Shown here: piece after piece, positions 51,921-63,651 of the stretch
Numbering within the stretch: position 1 is the first letter of the stretch
Layout of the letters: each line of letters opens with the position of its first letter
From: Octopus sinensis
Taxonomy: Eukaryota
DNA: 64,000 nt
Direction: 5' to 3'
Assembly: GCF_006345805.1 (NCBI RefSeq)
Contig: NC_043001.1
Coordinates: 106,950,001-107,014,000 of the forward strand
Made by a program: the position numbers and the translations under genes
The notes under the pieces: model-generated
The model's input: only the letters and a program-made list of their open reading frames with translations
Told to the model about the DNA's origin: nothing
The model's database searches: none

Positions 51921-53034
51921 CCATAACAACCACATCATCTGTGTATAAAAGTCATCCCAAACAAAGAATCCTAAGCTCTTGTTACAGCATTAAAGGAATA
52001 TTTATTAATAGAAAGCTAGAATAGGGCATTTATGGACACTTCCTTCATCATCTCCATTGTCGTTTAACGTCTGTTTTTCATGCTTACATGGGTTGGGCAG
52101 TTTGACAGGAGATGGCAAACTGGAGGATTGTGCCTAGCTCAAATTGTCTGTTTTGGCATGGTTTTTATGGCTGGATGCCCTTCCTAACACAAACCAGAGT
52201 ATACTGGATGCTTTATAAGTAGCACCAGCACAGGTGCTTTTTATGTAGTGCCAGTATAGGTGCTCTTTATGTGGCATCAGCATGGGTATTTTTATGTGGT
52301 GTCAGATTGGGTGCTTTTTTTTACGTGGTGCCAACATGAGTACTTTTTACATGGCATCAGACCCAGTGCTTTTTATGTGGCACCAACACAGGTGCTTTTT
52401 GCATGGTGCCAGCTTACATCATCATCATCATCATCATCATCATCATTTAGCGTCCGTTCTCCATGCCAGCATGGGTTGGACGGTTCAACTGGGGTCTGTG
52501 AAGCTGGAAGGCTTCATCAGGCCCAGTCAGATCTGGCAGTGTTTCTACGGCTGGATGCCCTTCCTAACGCCAACCAATCCGTGAGTGTAGTGGGTGCTTT
52601 TTATGTGCCACCCACACAGGTGCCAGACAGAGCTGGCAAACGGCCACGAACAGATGGTGCTTTTACGTTTCACCGGCACAGGGCCAGGCGAGGCTGGCAA
52701 CGGACACGAACGGATGGTGCTTTTACGTGCCACCAACATGGGGGCCAGACAGAGCTGGCAAACGGCCACGAAACGGATGGTGCTTTTACGTGTCACCATC
52801 CGTACATGTTTTTCTAAATGTCCCTCTAAATCTGTGGCTCATCCTAACCTTTCCCTTGCATGCGGTTTTTATCATTCTCATGAGCCATTAATCAATTTTT
52901 TTTTAGCACACACAAAACCACAGAGCAAAAAGAAAAGACTAAGAGCGTAAATGGCTTTATCCTGATCAACGAACGGAAGATAAGATTGTCCTTTGCTATG
53001 AACTTTGTTGTCCCACTATATATATATATATCTA

Positions 53035-53546
53035 CTAGCAGTATCGCCCGGCGTTGCTCGGGTTTGTAAGGGAAATAACTATATAAGCATTTTTAGAGAG
53101 TTACTTCCTTTATAGATGCCAATTCGGGCTTTCCTAGCCATTTCTGTTTTGGTGTCTTCAAACCATGAAGTCGTTGTTCTAAAAGAACGCTGGTCTCCTT
53201 GACAACGCTTTACGACGTTGATTCCCTTACACTCCCTTCCCCACAGCTTCACGAGGGAGGGAAGAAGGGGAGAAGCAAACAGGTGCAGGTGTGACCATGG
53301 ACGCCAACTCCGCCGCCATCGACACACGAAAAATTATGCATTAAAATGGAATAAAAAATGATGTTAAATTATTTTTAAAATCGTAGAATCATCGTAGATG
53401 CGCGCTAATAGCCAGACGGGCTCTATATGAATCACGACTATAAGATACCCGGTTTTGGTTAAACTGCACCGCAAAATGTGGGAGTAGTTAGGAATCTAAA
53501 TCGAAGGGGACAGACACTCACACAACTACAGTTTTATATATATAGA
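53035..53546 (-). mobile_element. Non-autonomous Helitron, minus strand
   Basis: CTAG at 53035-53038; TC terminus at 53545-53546. Confidence 0.92.
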
Positions 53547-54350
53547 TATATATAAAACTGTAGTTGTGTGAGTGTCTCCCCTTCGATTTAGATTCCTAAC
53601 TCCTCCCACATTTTGCGGTGCAGTTTAACCAAATTCGGGTATCTTATAGTCGTGATTAATATCTAGCCCGTCTGGCTATTAGCGCGCGTCTACGATGAGT
53701 CTACGATTTTAAAAATAATTTAACATCATTTTTTATTCCATTTTAATGCATAATTTTTCGTGTGTCGATGGCGGCGGAGTTGGCGTCCACGCTCAAACAC
53801 CTGCACCTGTGTTTGCTTCTCCCCCTTCTTCCCTCCCTCGTGAAGCTGTAGGGAAGGGAGTGTAAAGAAATCAACGTCGTAATGCGTTGTCAAGGAGACC
53901 GGTGTTCTTTTAGAACAACGACTTCATGGCTTGAAGACACCAAAACAGAAATGGCTAAGAAAGCCCGAATTGGCATCTATAAAGGAAGTAACTCTCTAAA
54001 AATGCTTATATAGTTATTTCCCTTACAAACCCGAGCAACGCCGGGCGATACTGCTAGTCTATATATAAAAGTAAAGTTGTGTGTCTGTCTCCTACGATTT
54101 AGATTCCTAACTACTCCCACATTTTGCGGTGCAGTTTAACCAAAAGCGTGTATCTTATAGTTGTGATTCATATCGAGCCCTTCTGGGTATTAGCGCGCGT
54201 GTACGATGAGTCTATGATTTAAAAAAAAATTTACCATCATTTTTTTCCATTTTTAATGCATTTTTTGCTATTATATAAGGGAAGTAACTCTAAAAATGCT
54301 TATATAGTTATTTCCCTTACAAACCTGAGCAATGCCGGGTGATACTGCTA

Positions 54351-54351
<1 letters not shown>
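53547..54351 (+). mobile_element. Helitron (5' TCTA displaced to 53031-53034; body 53547-54057) followed by an older internally deleted copy (54058-54351)
   Basis: CTAG at 54054-54057 and 54348-54351; the second copy shows CpG-to-TpG decay in the 3' hairpin. Confidence 0.9.
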
Positions 54352-54385
<34 letters not shown>

Positions 54386-54741
54386 AAAAAAGCAACAAGA
54401 ATGGATTAAAATCTCGGTACAATCATTTCGTACGAGGACATCTTTAATAAGCTACAAAAAATGCAGTGAATACAGATGGCTCCTACTCGTCAGCCGAAAA
54501 AACATCAGAGAACTCCCAAACATCAAAAGGGGTAGATACAAAAGAGGGTGTAACATTAACTGCATTGAAGAAAGTTCGATTCATGGAGATCCGATGAAAG
54601 GTTTTAAACTTCACTTGAATCTCAATTACTTAACTGTATATATATATATATATATATATATATTCACAAACTGAAACTATCACGTTCAGTTTAACTGCGT
54701 TCTGAATTATTTTCATGAAAAATGTCTAACTACTCATGGCT

Positions 54742-55238
54742 ATACGATAATCCCTCAACTGTCGCAAGTGTTAAGTTCCAAAACCCACTATGATAGGTGA
54801 AAATCCACAAAGTAAAAACAATACTATACTACATATTTTTTAAAATCATTTTTATGATTTGTATATATTTATTTTATTATAAATGCAAAACACCACACCA
54901 CACACTCGCCTCCCGAGTTTCATTTTCCATACAATATGTGCGATTCTTTGTTTACTCATCTATGGTACACTAGGTATTTTCTTTTAATACATTTTAATTA
55001 ATGTGTTATATAGTGCAGTACTGTACTGTAGTTTTATTTATTGATTTTTAGGCATGAAAATGCTTATTTTACCACAGAAATAATTACAATCTAAAAAAAT
55101 ATAAATACCTATTGGCCGCAAAAACCCGTGATATACTGAGGAGTCTGCAATATAAATTTACATATATTATCCAGAAAAATCTGTGATGTACTGAGGGCAT
55201 GATAGGTGAACTGCGATATGGCAAGTGATTTCGGTATT
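54742..55238. mobile_element. Tigger/pogo-like MITE; related 5' end at 51471
   Basis: TAC(A)GTAATCCCTCGA-type terminus, degenerate right end. Confidence 0.55.
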
Positions 55239-57991
55239 CCTTCCACTTTTACTTTTGAAGATTATTGATCCATCTTTATCATTGTAGTTAATCTCTTTCT
55301 GCAGAGAGGCTGTTTGCTTGTTAGTGCAACCATTTAATTTATCATGAACTTGCTTGCATCATAAAGTTGGGTTTAATAGCAATAATTGTTATAATATTTA
55401 GCTATTGTCTTGTCGTAAATATGCTATAAAACTGGAGATGAGATATAACAAGCTTTGGCAGTTTTTGATGAATGCCTGTCATGGAGTATTTATGAATAAA
55501 ATACTTCATATTTAAACAAGGGTTGTGTTTTGACATGCCACCTACAGTGCTTTCTGGTAGGTGGGCAATCTTTACATGACCAGAGATGTGCTACATAGGC
55601 TGTCATTTCTCACTTTATTAGTGTGGTGAATTCTCTGGAGGTGACTTATTCAAAGCATAGATAATGACATAGATATTAAGCTTAAAGCTTAGCCATCACA
55701 TGCTAGTATGATATGACCAGGTAGCTTGTACCATGTTTTGCTGAGTATTTGAAACCATTGTTGTTATTGTTGTTGCTATTGGTATTATTATTATTACTAT
55801 TCTTATTATTGGTACTTCTTTTATGATTAATGCGATGAGCTGGCAGAATTGTTAGCATCCTTGACAAAATGCTGCTAAGCATTTCATCTGTTTTTATGTT
55901 CTGAATTCAAATTCCTCTGTGGTCAAGTTTGCCTTTCATCCTTTAAGGGTTGATAAATTAAGCCACCAGTGAAACACTGGGTTTGATGTAATCAACTGAT
56001 CCTCTCTCCCGAAATTTCAGGCCTTGTACCATTATGTTCTGTTTCCAAATTCTACCAAGAGTAATTTTTGCCTTTCATTCTTTTGAGGTTGATAGGAAAA
56101 GTACCAGTTAAGCACTGGGGTTGATAAAATTGACTAATCCTCCTCCCATCAAATTTCAGGTCTTGTACCTATACTAGAAAGGATGACTATCATCATCATC
56201 ATTGATATAAAGAGAGTAGAGGGAAGATAGAAGCAGTAAATTGATAGAACTCTTAAAATGCTTTGTATTACTGGCCATTAAATTTTCTGGAAAAAAAAAA
56301 GTAAAAATAGTCTCAGTGTTTTTTAATATTTACTTTAGTCCATTCTGATTTCTTCAACTTTTCTAGACTTGATGAAATACTTGTAAATTGTATATTTGCA
56401 CAGATCTTCTATCTCAAATCCCTCACCTGTAAAGAAGAGTGGAAATTGATTTAGTCAGTTAAGTAGACTGGAACAATTTAAAAGCTTATGACCCTGCATG
56501 TGGTCAGTAGTCGAGTATCTAAACCTGCTAGCATTCACATTAATCTGTTAAATGTAATGTTTATTTATTCACGTTGTTTTGAAGTAATTGTGCATTATCT
56601 CATAGCCTTGAGATTTCAATGGGTGATGGGTTTGGACGAGGACAGTGATGTGTAGGGACGAGGACTGCTGTTTGAAGAAGTACCACACTCTAATGGTGAA
56701 GGTAACCTATAGAAGAGGTAGACCTATGAAGACATGGGATGAGGTAGTGAAGCATAATCTTTGAATATTGGGCCTCTTGGAGGCAATGACAAGTGACAGA
56801 CCTTTGGTGATATGTCATGTTTGAGAAAACCTGCTGAACTGAGGTCGTAATCATGGTTGATGCCAGTTCATGTAACTGCCATGTAAAAAGCGTTCCTTGA
56901 ATGTTTAGCGATATGATGTGCTTCAGAAGACCTATCAAGCCAAAGCCAATGCTAGTGTTGTAAGACTGGCACATGAAAAGCACTATTCAAACATTGGGCA
57001 TCACAGAGGCAGTGACAGGTGACTGAGACCTTTGGTGATATACCGAGCTTGGGAAGACCTGTCAAGCCAAGTAAGGTCATAGTCGTGGCATGTATCAAGC
57101 AACCACTACACTCTTGGAGCAGTTGGTGTTAGGAAGGGCATCCAGCTGTAAAACCCATACCAAATCAGATTGGTACCTTGTGTAGCTCCCCAGCTTATCA
57201 GTTTTCAGTCAAACCATCCAACCTATGCCAGCATGGAAAACGGATAATAATGATTATGATTGTTTATTATCAGAATGACATTGCAGGGTAGGTTTGAGAG
57301 GCTGGATCTGGCCACTTTGTACATAAAACAAATAGAATACTTTGGCTGGGTATGGCTGGTTCAAATGTTAAAAGATTAATATCCCGGACATTGTGCTCCA
57401 TGGTTTACAGTTGGCGATTGAACTTTTGTTTACAAAGTTTAGGCCAAAAATTTTATTTTGTAATTTTTTTGTCATATTCTACCCCTTCTCTACTATTTAT
57501 ACTCCTCCACTTTTCCCTGTAGATAGGCCTCAATACATCTCCAACACCATCTATTTTTTCTCTCACCCTCACTGTCTTTCTGTATTTTTCTGACTCTATC
57601 TCCTTCTAACCTTCTTTTATACTTTAACCTCTCACCTGGCTCACAGCCACTTCCCTCTGTTCCACTCTGTCTCTCAGCTTAGAAGCTACTTGGTGACCCC
57701 ATTGGTGCGACATAAAAAGCACCCAGTAACACATAAAGTAGTTGGTGTTAAGAGGGTCATCCAGCCATAGAAACCATGCCAAAACAGACAATTGGAGCCT
57801 GGTGTAGCTCTCTGCTTGCCAACTCCCTGTCGAACCAGCATGGAGAATGGACATTAAATGCTGATGAGAATGATTCAGCAGCTTGCTGAAGCTTCTAAAA
57901 TCATGCATCTGAGTAATAAATATTTCTCTCATCCCAGTATATGTATAGTCTTGATTAAGTAAAATGTTGCATCTAATAACAATTTAGTCTT

Positions 57992-58540
57992 AACGTAAAG
58001 TATAAAAGCCATCTCAACATGGCCAACCACAAGGTGGGGGGTGTTACTGTAGCTATTTAGCCCCAGGAGATCGATGTCTCCAGCTGGCTTTAGACACACT
58101 TTCTGTGCTTTTCAGGTATTTGCAAAGGGAAGCCATCCCTTCCTCGTAAGCCTTAGTGATACGCACCGGACCGCGGTTTCGAGATTATTGTCTCTTATCA
58201 ACATCTTGCTCTGAGATTTAATAATGCTTACAGTCAGTTTTTCGAAATCAGTGGCAGACGTCACTAGAAAAACTCTTATATATTTGCAAAGCAAGCCTTG
58301 CCTTTCATCATGACCTGGTGGTTACCGCCTGTTGATAAGAGACAATAATCTCGAAACCGCGGTCCGGTGCGTATCACTAAGGCTTACAAGGAAGGGATGG
58401 CTTCCCTTTGCAAATACCTGGAGGGCACAGAAAGTGTGTCTAAAGCCAGCTGGAGACGTCGATCTCCTGGGGCTAAATAGCTACAGTAACACCCCCACTT
58501 TGTGGTTGGCCATGTTGAGATGGCTTTTATACTTTACGTT
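57992..58540. repeat. Near-perfect inverted repeat, ~212-bp arms, ~125-bp spacer
   Basis: 57992-58203 vs 58330-58540: 6 substitutions and 1 indel by manual alignment. Confidence 0.95.
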
Positions 58541-58682
58541 GTTGAGCGGTTACTGTTTACATCTTGCTCTGAGATTTAATTATGCCAACTTAGTTTTAGT
58601 TTTCTATATAAATAATATTTAGTTTCTTTGATTTCATTGTTGCAATGAAATTTTCTAACTTTGTTTTGTTGTTTTGAAACAG

Positions 58683-58736
58683 GGAATTCGGTAATATTGT
58701 TCACGTGTTGGATCTACTTTTAATCCTGTGGCCAAG
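58683..58736 (+). other. USP36: Candidate 54-nt 5'UTR exon of USP36
   Basis: T-rich tract plus AG (ttttgttgttttgaaacAG) and donor CAAG|GTAAAT, in non-repetitive sequence 3.1 kb upstream of the ATG exon. Has a stop in the USP36 frame, so it would be non-coding. No transcript evidence. Confidence 0.55.
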
Positions 58737-61700
58737 GTAAATGTTTCTGTTTTTGAACCATTCTTTTTTTCTCTGTTTTCATCGTTTGGACACTTGATCT
58801 GCTGAACATATTCATTAGAGTTCCACGAACCTTACTGATGACTAGTATCCCATGATAGGTTGTTCATTAGATTTTGGGCCAGGATAGTCAACCTTTAATC
58901 ACCTTATTTACACAATGCTATGATATTCTACTTCTAATATCTCTTTTATATAAAATAAATTGTTTTATTCAAAGTTGTCTCTGGTTCCATTGGTAGAAAC
59001 TTTCTACACTGTTGTTAATCTATCTGGTTTTGGAGTTCAGAAATTTCCCTTACTACACTGTATCATGCCATGCATTTATGTGGAAGATTTTTAAATACTT
59101 TATTTAATATGACATCTTATCATTGTCTGAAGGCATTTAACTCTGTGTCTTAGTCCACCTAATTTTTTTTTTTTTTTTTTGGTATCTCAAAATGAAAAGA
59201 GCAGTATTGTTTTTTTGATGTTAGTGGATTTTGCTAAATTTCTTCTGATGATGGGAAGTTCTTCAGAGTTTTCACCAGATTATTTTCCAAACGTTGTTCT
59301 GATGTAGTTTTGCATGCTAATAATGAAAGTCACATTAATTTTTTTCCAGTAATTGATAATAAAAAAAGTTAGATGCATCTAAATTTATGTAATTTTAGCT
59401 AATTGAAGCCTTGATTGCCGAATATAGAAAAGTTGTGGCTCTTTGTTCACATGGGAACAGCACACATGAAACCATTGTATGATCTCTCGACCTGCTAGAA
59501 ATAAGACAAATCTTCCTTAAACTACAAAATAATATCTTGAGAACAAAGACAACACATGGTGCCACATCTAAATTAAAGTCAATCTCAAAGGATGTAACTT
59601 TTTGTCAAACTCACAAAACTTAAAACACTTAGTATGCCCCACAAATTGGTTTTAAATCTACTTCTCCTTATAAAATTGTAAACAAAGTGTAAAAGTAAAG
59701 GTGGCAGTGGTGGTGGAGAGAGTTGGTTTTCAGTGTTGTTTGTCATCGTTTAACGTCCGCTTTCCATGCTAGCATGGGTTGGACGATTTTGACAGAGGGC
59801 TGGCGAACCAGATGGCTGCACCAGGCTCCAATCTTGATCTGGCAGAGTTTCTACAGCTGGATGCCCTTCCTAATGCCAACCACTCCGAGAGTGTAGTGGG
59901 TGCTTTTTACATGGCCAGTCAGGGGTACTGGCAATGACCTCACTCAAATCTTTTTACACATGCCACCGGCACAGGTGCCTGTAAGGCGACGTTGGTAACG
60001 ATCACGCTCGAATGGTGCCCTTTTACGTGCCACCGGCACGGAAGCCAGTTGGCTGCTCTGGCAACGATCATGCTCGGATGGAAAACAATTACGAGCTTGC
60101 CAGGATCATTGTTGTTAAATGAATTTGTAGTGTTGATGATGATGGTATTGATGGTATTCATAAGGAAAGAGAAAGCACATTTAATATCGAACTGTGGGAC
60201 CCAGTAAGTGTTTCAAGGGTTGTGAATTCAATAAAAGGTTATATCTGTGGAGATTGACTTTAATTTTGATGTTATTAACAACATTCAATAAGTGGAAACC
60301 ATTTAGGCCTGCCTCAGATGAGGAAATAAGTGCTGCATGGCACAATGTGTCATCCTTTTCTTTTTGTTTTTAGATGTTATGTCAAAGCACTATTAAAATT
60401 GTAGTGTATGGTAGTGATGTTCATGAGGAGAAAAGAACCATATAGCAAACAAACATTCAAAGGGCACACATGCTGTGTGTTTAGCTTGACTTGTTAGTTG
60501 GCAAATCTCCTGTCATGTTAAAAGCAGGGCACATTGGATAATAAAGGATCAGATGGTCAAGCCTTGGGATCAGGGCTGGCCTATAGTTAAACCGTAATAA
60601 CACACATGCAAGTACTGTAAAATCCCATGTAATTTGTGTACCTGTGTAATTTATGCAGGTGACTTTCAGGATAAAAAAACTTCTACTCATGTAAAATTCG
60701 CACTTAAGTTTTCAGAATTGCTGATACGGCCAAGGGAAAAAGGTTTTCAATTTAGTTGTATTTAGCATAATTTCACTTGCTTTTGATTAGATTTTATTAA
60801 ATTTTCATTAAACAAAAATAATTTCTCTTTAACAGGTGTTACATTGAAAGGTATTAAATTACAAAGTATTTGTATTGTTTATAATAAACTTTATTTTACA
60901 TTTCTTGCCCACAAGAGATTATGTCCAATCTTTAGCATACTGCTGTATGTCTTCTCAAATCACGATCACAGGAAAAGTTGTTAATTACCAACAAAGCTGA
61001 TAAATACACACAGGTGTTGCAAATTAAGTTTAATTACCCATAAACATCAGCTTGGATGACACTTTACTCAACCGACAGAAGAAGGTGATCAATCAAGCTG
61101 ATTATGTAAACAGAATTATTTTCTACCTATTCTTGTTGGAACCTTTGATATGGAGTTTTAAAACTTTAATCCCTTTCATAGTTAGAAAATGTCAAGAAAA
61201 CTTAAAATTTGTCATTGCCATTTATTGTTAATATGGGCAGAACTTACAAATCGTTTATTGCGAAGCAGAGATTAAATATGTGCTACATTGCGATAGGTAG
61301 AAACTCCAAGCAAAGTAAAATATGGCCCGGACTGAGTTTGCTAGCATGAATGTCAGACTTCAAAAAGTAGTTAACCATTTAATGGTTTTAGTAAATTTAT
61401 ACAGAAAAAGTCAGCATTATACCGTCCAGCATAAATAAAAGTCAACTTCACTATGTGTATAAAGCATTATTTTTTTCTGTAAAAACCTATTCTGACATTA
61501 AATGAGCCAACTTCCAATATGAATGCTTATGTTCTGTATGTCTTTTTTCAATGAAAATCTTTCAAAAAAAAAAAATTCTGGAAACTATCTACTCATGTAA
61601 CTTATACACCCCCTAAAGTTTTTTTTTTTTTGTGAAAAAATGTGTAAATTACATGGTTTTTTACGGTGACTGATTTTGATGTCCAGCCTAGAGTATTTGA

Positions 61701-61844
61701 AAATGTGTGTAAAATAAGTTGAGGAACTAAATTAACCAGACCGTAATTGCAGTAATAACTAAGCTACTATTAATCAATTGTTACTTTTACTTGATTTACA
61801 CTCACACATATATTTTTTCTTTCTTCCCACAGGACGCCAGTGCT

Positions 61845-62124
61845 ATGCCTGCCCAGTCCTCTGAGAATATAACTGCAGTTGAAGAGGCAGTGTTTTCTTC
61901 TGTGGCTGGCACGGACAAACTTCACCATAAGTTGGCATCACTCTCTCAAAAAGTTCTCTTCAGTAGTATTGAATTCCAGCCTGCTCGAAAGGCACTCAAT
62001 CTTCAGCAAGATACACTCAAATCCAAATATATAGTCTTGAATACTATTAGACCCGATAAAACCCTGGCTATTTCAGCTTCTGCATCTTCTAACAAAAATT
62101 CACAAACAGAGAATGAAGAAAATG
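61845..62124 (+). CDS. USP36: USP36/USP42-family ubiquitin-specific protease, first coding exon (exon starts at 61833)
   Basis: Acceptor ttttttctttcttcccacAG at 61831-61832; ATG at 61845; donor AATG|GTAAGT at 62125 (phase 1). Peptide KLASLSQKVLFSSIEFQPARKALNLQQDTLKSKYIVLN resembles the N-terminus of vertebrate USP36 as I recall it (KKVLLQKIEFEPA...LKSKYVLLN). Confidence 0.88.
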
Positions 62125-62337
62125 GTAAGTTTGGTGGTATTCTTTTCGGGTGTTATTTTTCTTTAAAGTTCATTTTTTTATAATTTTTCATTGATGGAGT
62201 GTAGAACAAAATGCTTTGCAGTATGTTGTTCTTTATTTAAGTTTAAAATTTTCTTTGGGTTTATCGTTTTATCCTTCCTTAATCTATGAAATTATATCAA
62301 ACATGCATTGATGTAATCAACTGTTCTTTTCTTCGAA

Positions 62338-62728
62338 ATTTACTTGTTTCAGTCATTTGACTGCGGCCATGCTGGAGCAACGCCTTTAGTCGAGCAAATC
62401 GACCCCGGGACTTATTCTTTGTAAGCCCAGTACTTATTCTATCGGTCTCTTTTGCCGAACCGCAAAGTGACGGGGACATAAACACACCAGCATCGGTTGT
62501 CAAGCAATGCCAGGGGGACAAACACAGACACACAAACATATACACACACACTTATATATACATATACATATATACGACGGGCTTCTTTCAGTTTCCGTCT
62601 ACGAAATCCACTTAAAATGCATTGGTTGGCCCGGGGCTATAGCAGAAGACACTTGCCCAAGATGCCATGCAGTGGGACTGAACCCGGAACCATGTACTTG
62701 GTTAGCAAGCTACTTACCACACAGCCTC
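62338..62728 (-). mobile_element. tRNA-derived SINE, full-length, in the intron between the two coding exons
   Basis: Reverse complement is roughly 90% identical to 35329-35716 by eye. Confidence 0.92.
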
Positions 62729-63420
62729 ATCATCATTTATATATTTAAAAAAAAAAAAAATTCTGTTTCATAATTTCTAATTCTTTCAGAAAGATGTTTT
62801 CATCGGCTGAGATAGAAATGTCTGTAAAGAACTTTTTTTTTTCCTTAGTCTTTCATCCAGGGTCAATAAAATATCTCACAGTTAAGAACTGAGGTTAATG
62901 TAACAAACCATATCCTTCCCTAAATGATGACAATTATTTTTGCTAGAAAGCATCCTCATCATTTTTATGAAACTTATATGTATGGAAGCCATATGGACCA
63001 CAGATTGCAAGGGAAACTGATTTCCCCAAATGTCCCAGTGGCTTTCTGGAAGTCGTAGGTAATTTTGGAAAGCGGACATTAAATGATGATGATGATGATG
63101 ATTAGAGCAGTGGAATAGCAGACTCTATAGTTGTTCTTTTACATTTTGATACCAAATTTCTTTGCCTCTTATCCTTCTGGAGTTGAATTTGTACTAATGA
63201 GAGGAAACCAGGCTTGATGTTTTACAAAGTATACAGCTGTGTTGAAACTATGTCAGGATACTTTTTTTGCCTTCATTCAAATAAGTACCTGTATTATAGT
63301 AGTAACAGTTTGACTGTACACAACTAACAAGTACATTATACTTCAGCCTAAGAAATTATTATTGTTGTTTCTAAAAGAAAATACTTGGCAGAATATGTTT
63401 TTCATATTTTTTATTTTCAG

Positions 63421-63651
63421 ATACATCAACGATGAGTAATCAACGGGATGGTGATGGTCTGCCAACTCCCAGGTATGTTATCTACCCTGCAGACAAACTT
63501 TGCCTTGACTGGTGGCCTCGTAAAGTACAGAAAGTTGGTGCTGGCTTGCACAACTTGGGCAATACATGTTTCCTCAACGCAACACTGCAATGCCTGTCCT
63601 ATACACCACCTCTAGTCAACCATTTACTTGGGGATGAACACACAAATAGCT
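63421..63651 (+). CDS. USP36: USP36/USP42-family protease, second coding exon with the catalytic Cys box
   Basis: Acceptor ttttttattttcAG ends at 63420; phase 1 matches the previous exon (G|AT = Asp). Encodes [21 protein letters not shown]...[26 protein letters not shown], the USP Cys box. Donor AGCT|GTGAGT at 63652. Gene continues beyond the window. Confidence 0.95.

Noticed and set aside
59244-59303. TGATGA...CTGA spacing resembling a C/D snoRNA
   Set aside because: Box C lacks the 5' purine, there is no terminal stem and no recognisable rRNA antisense element.
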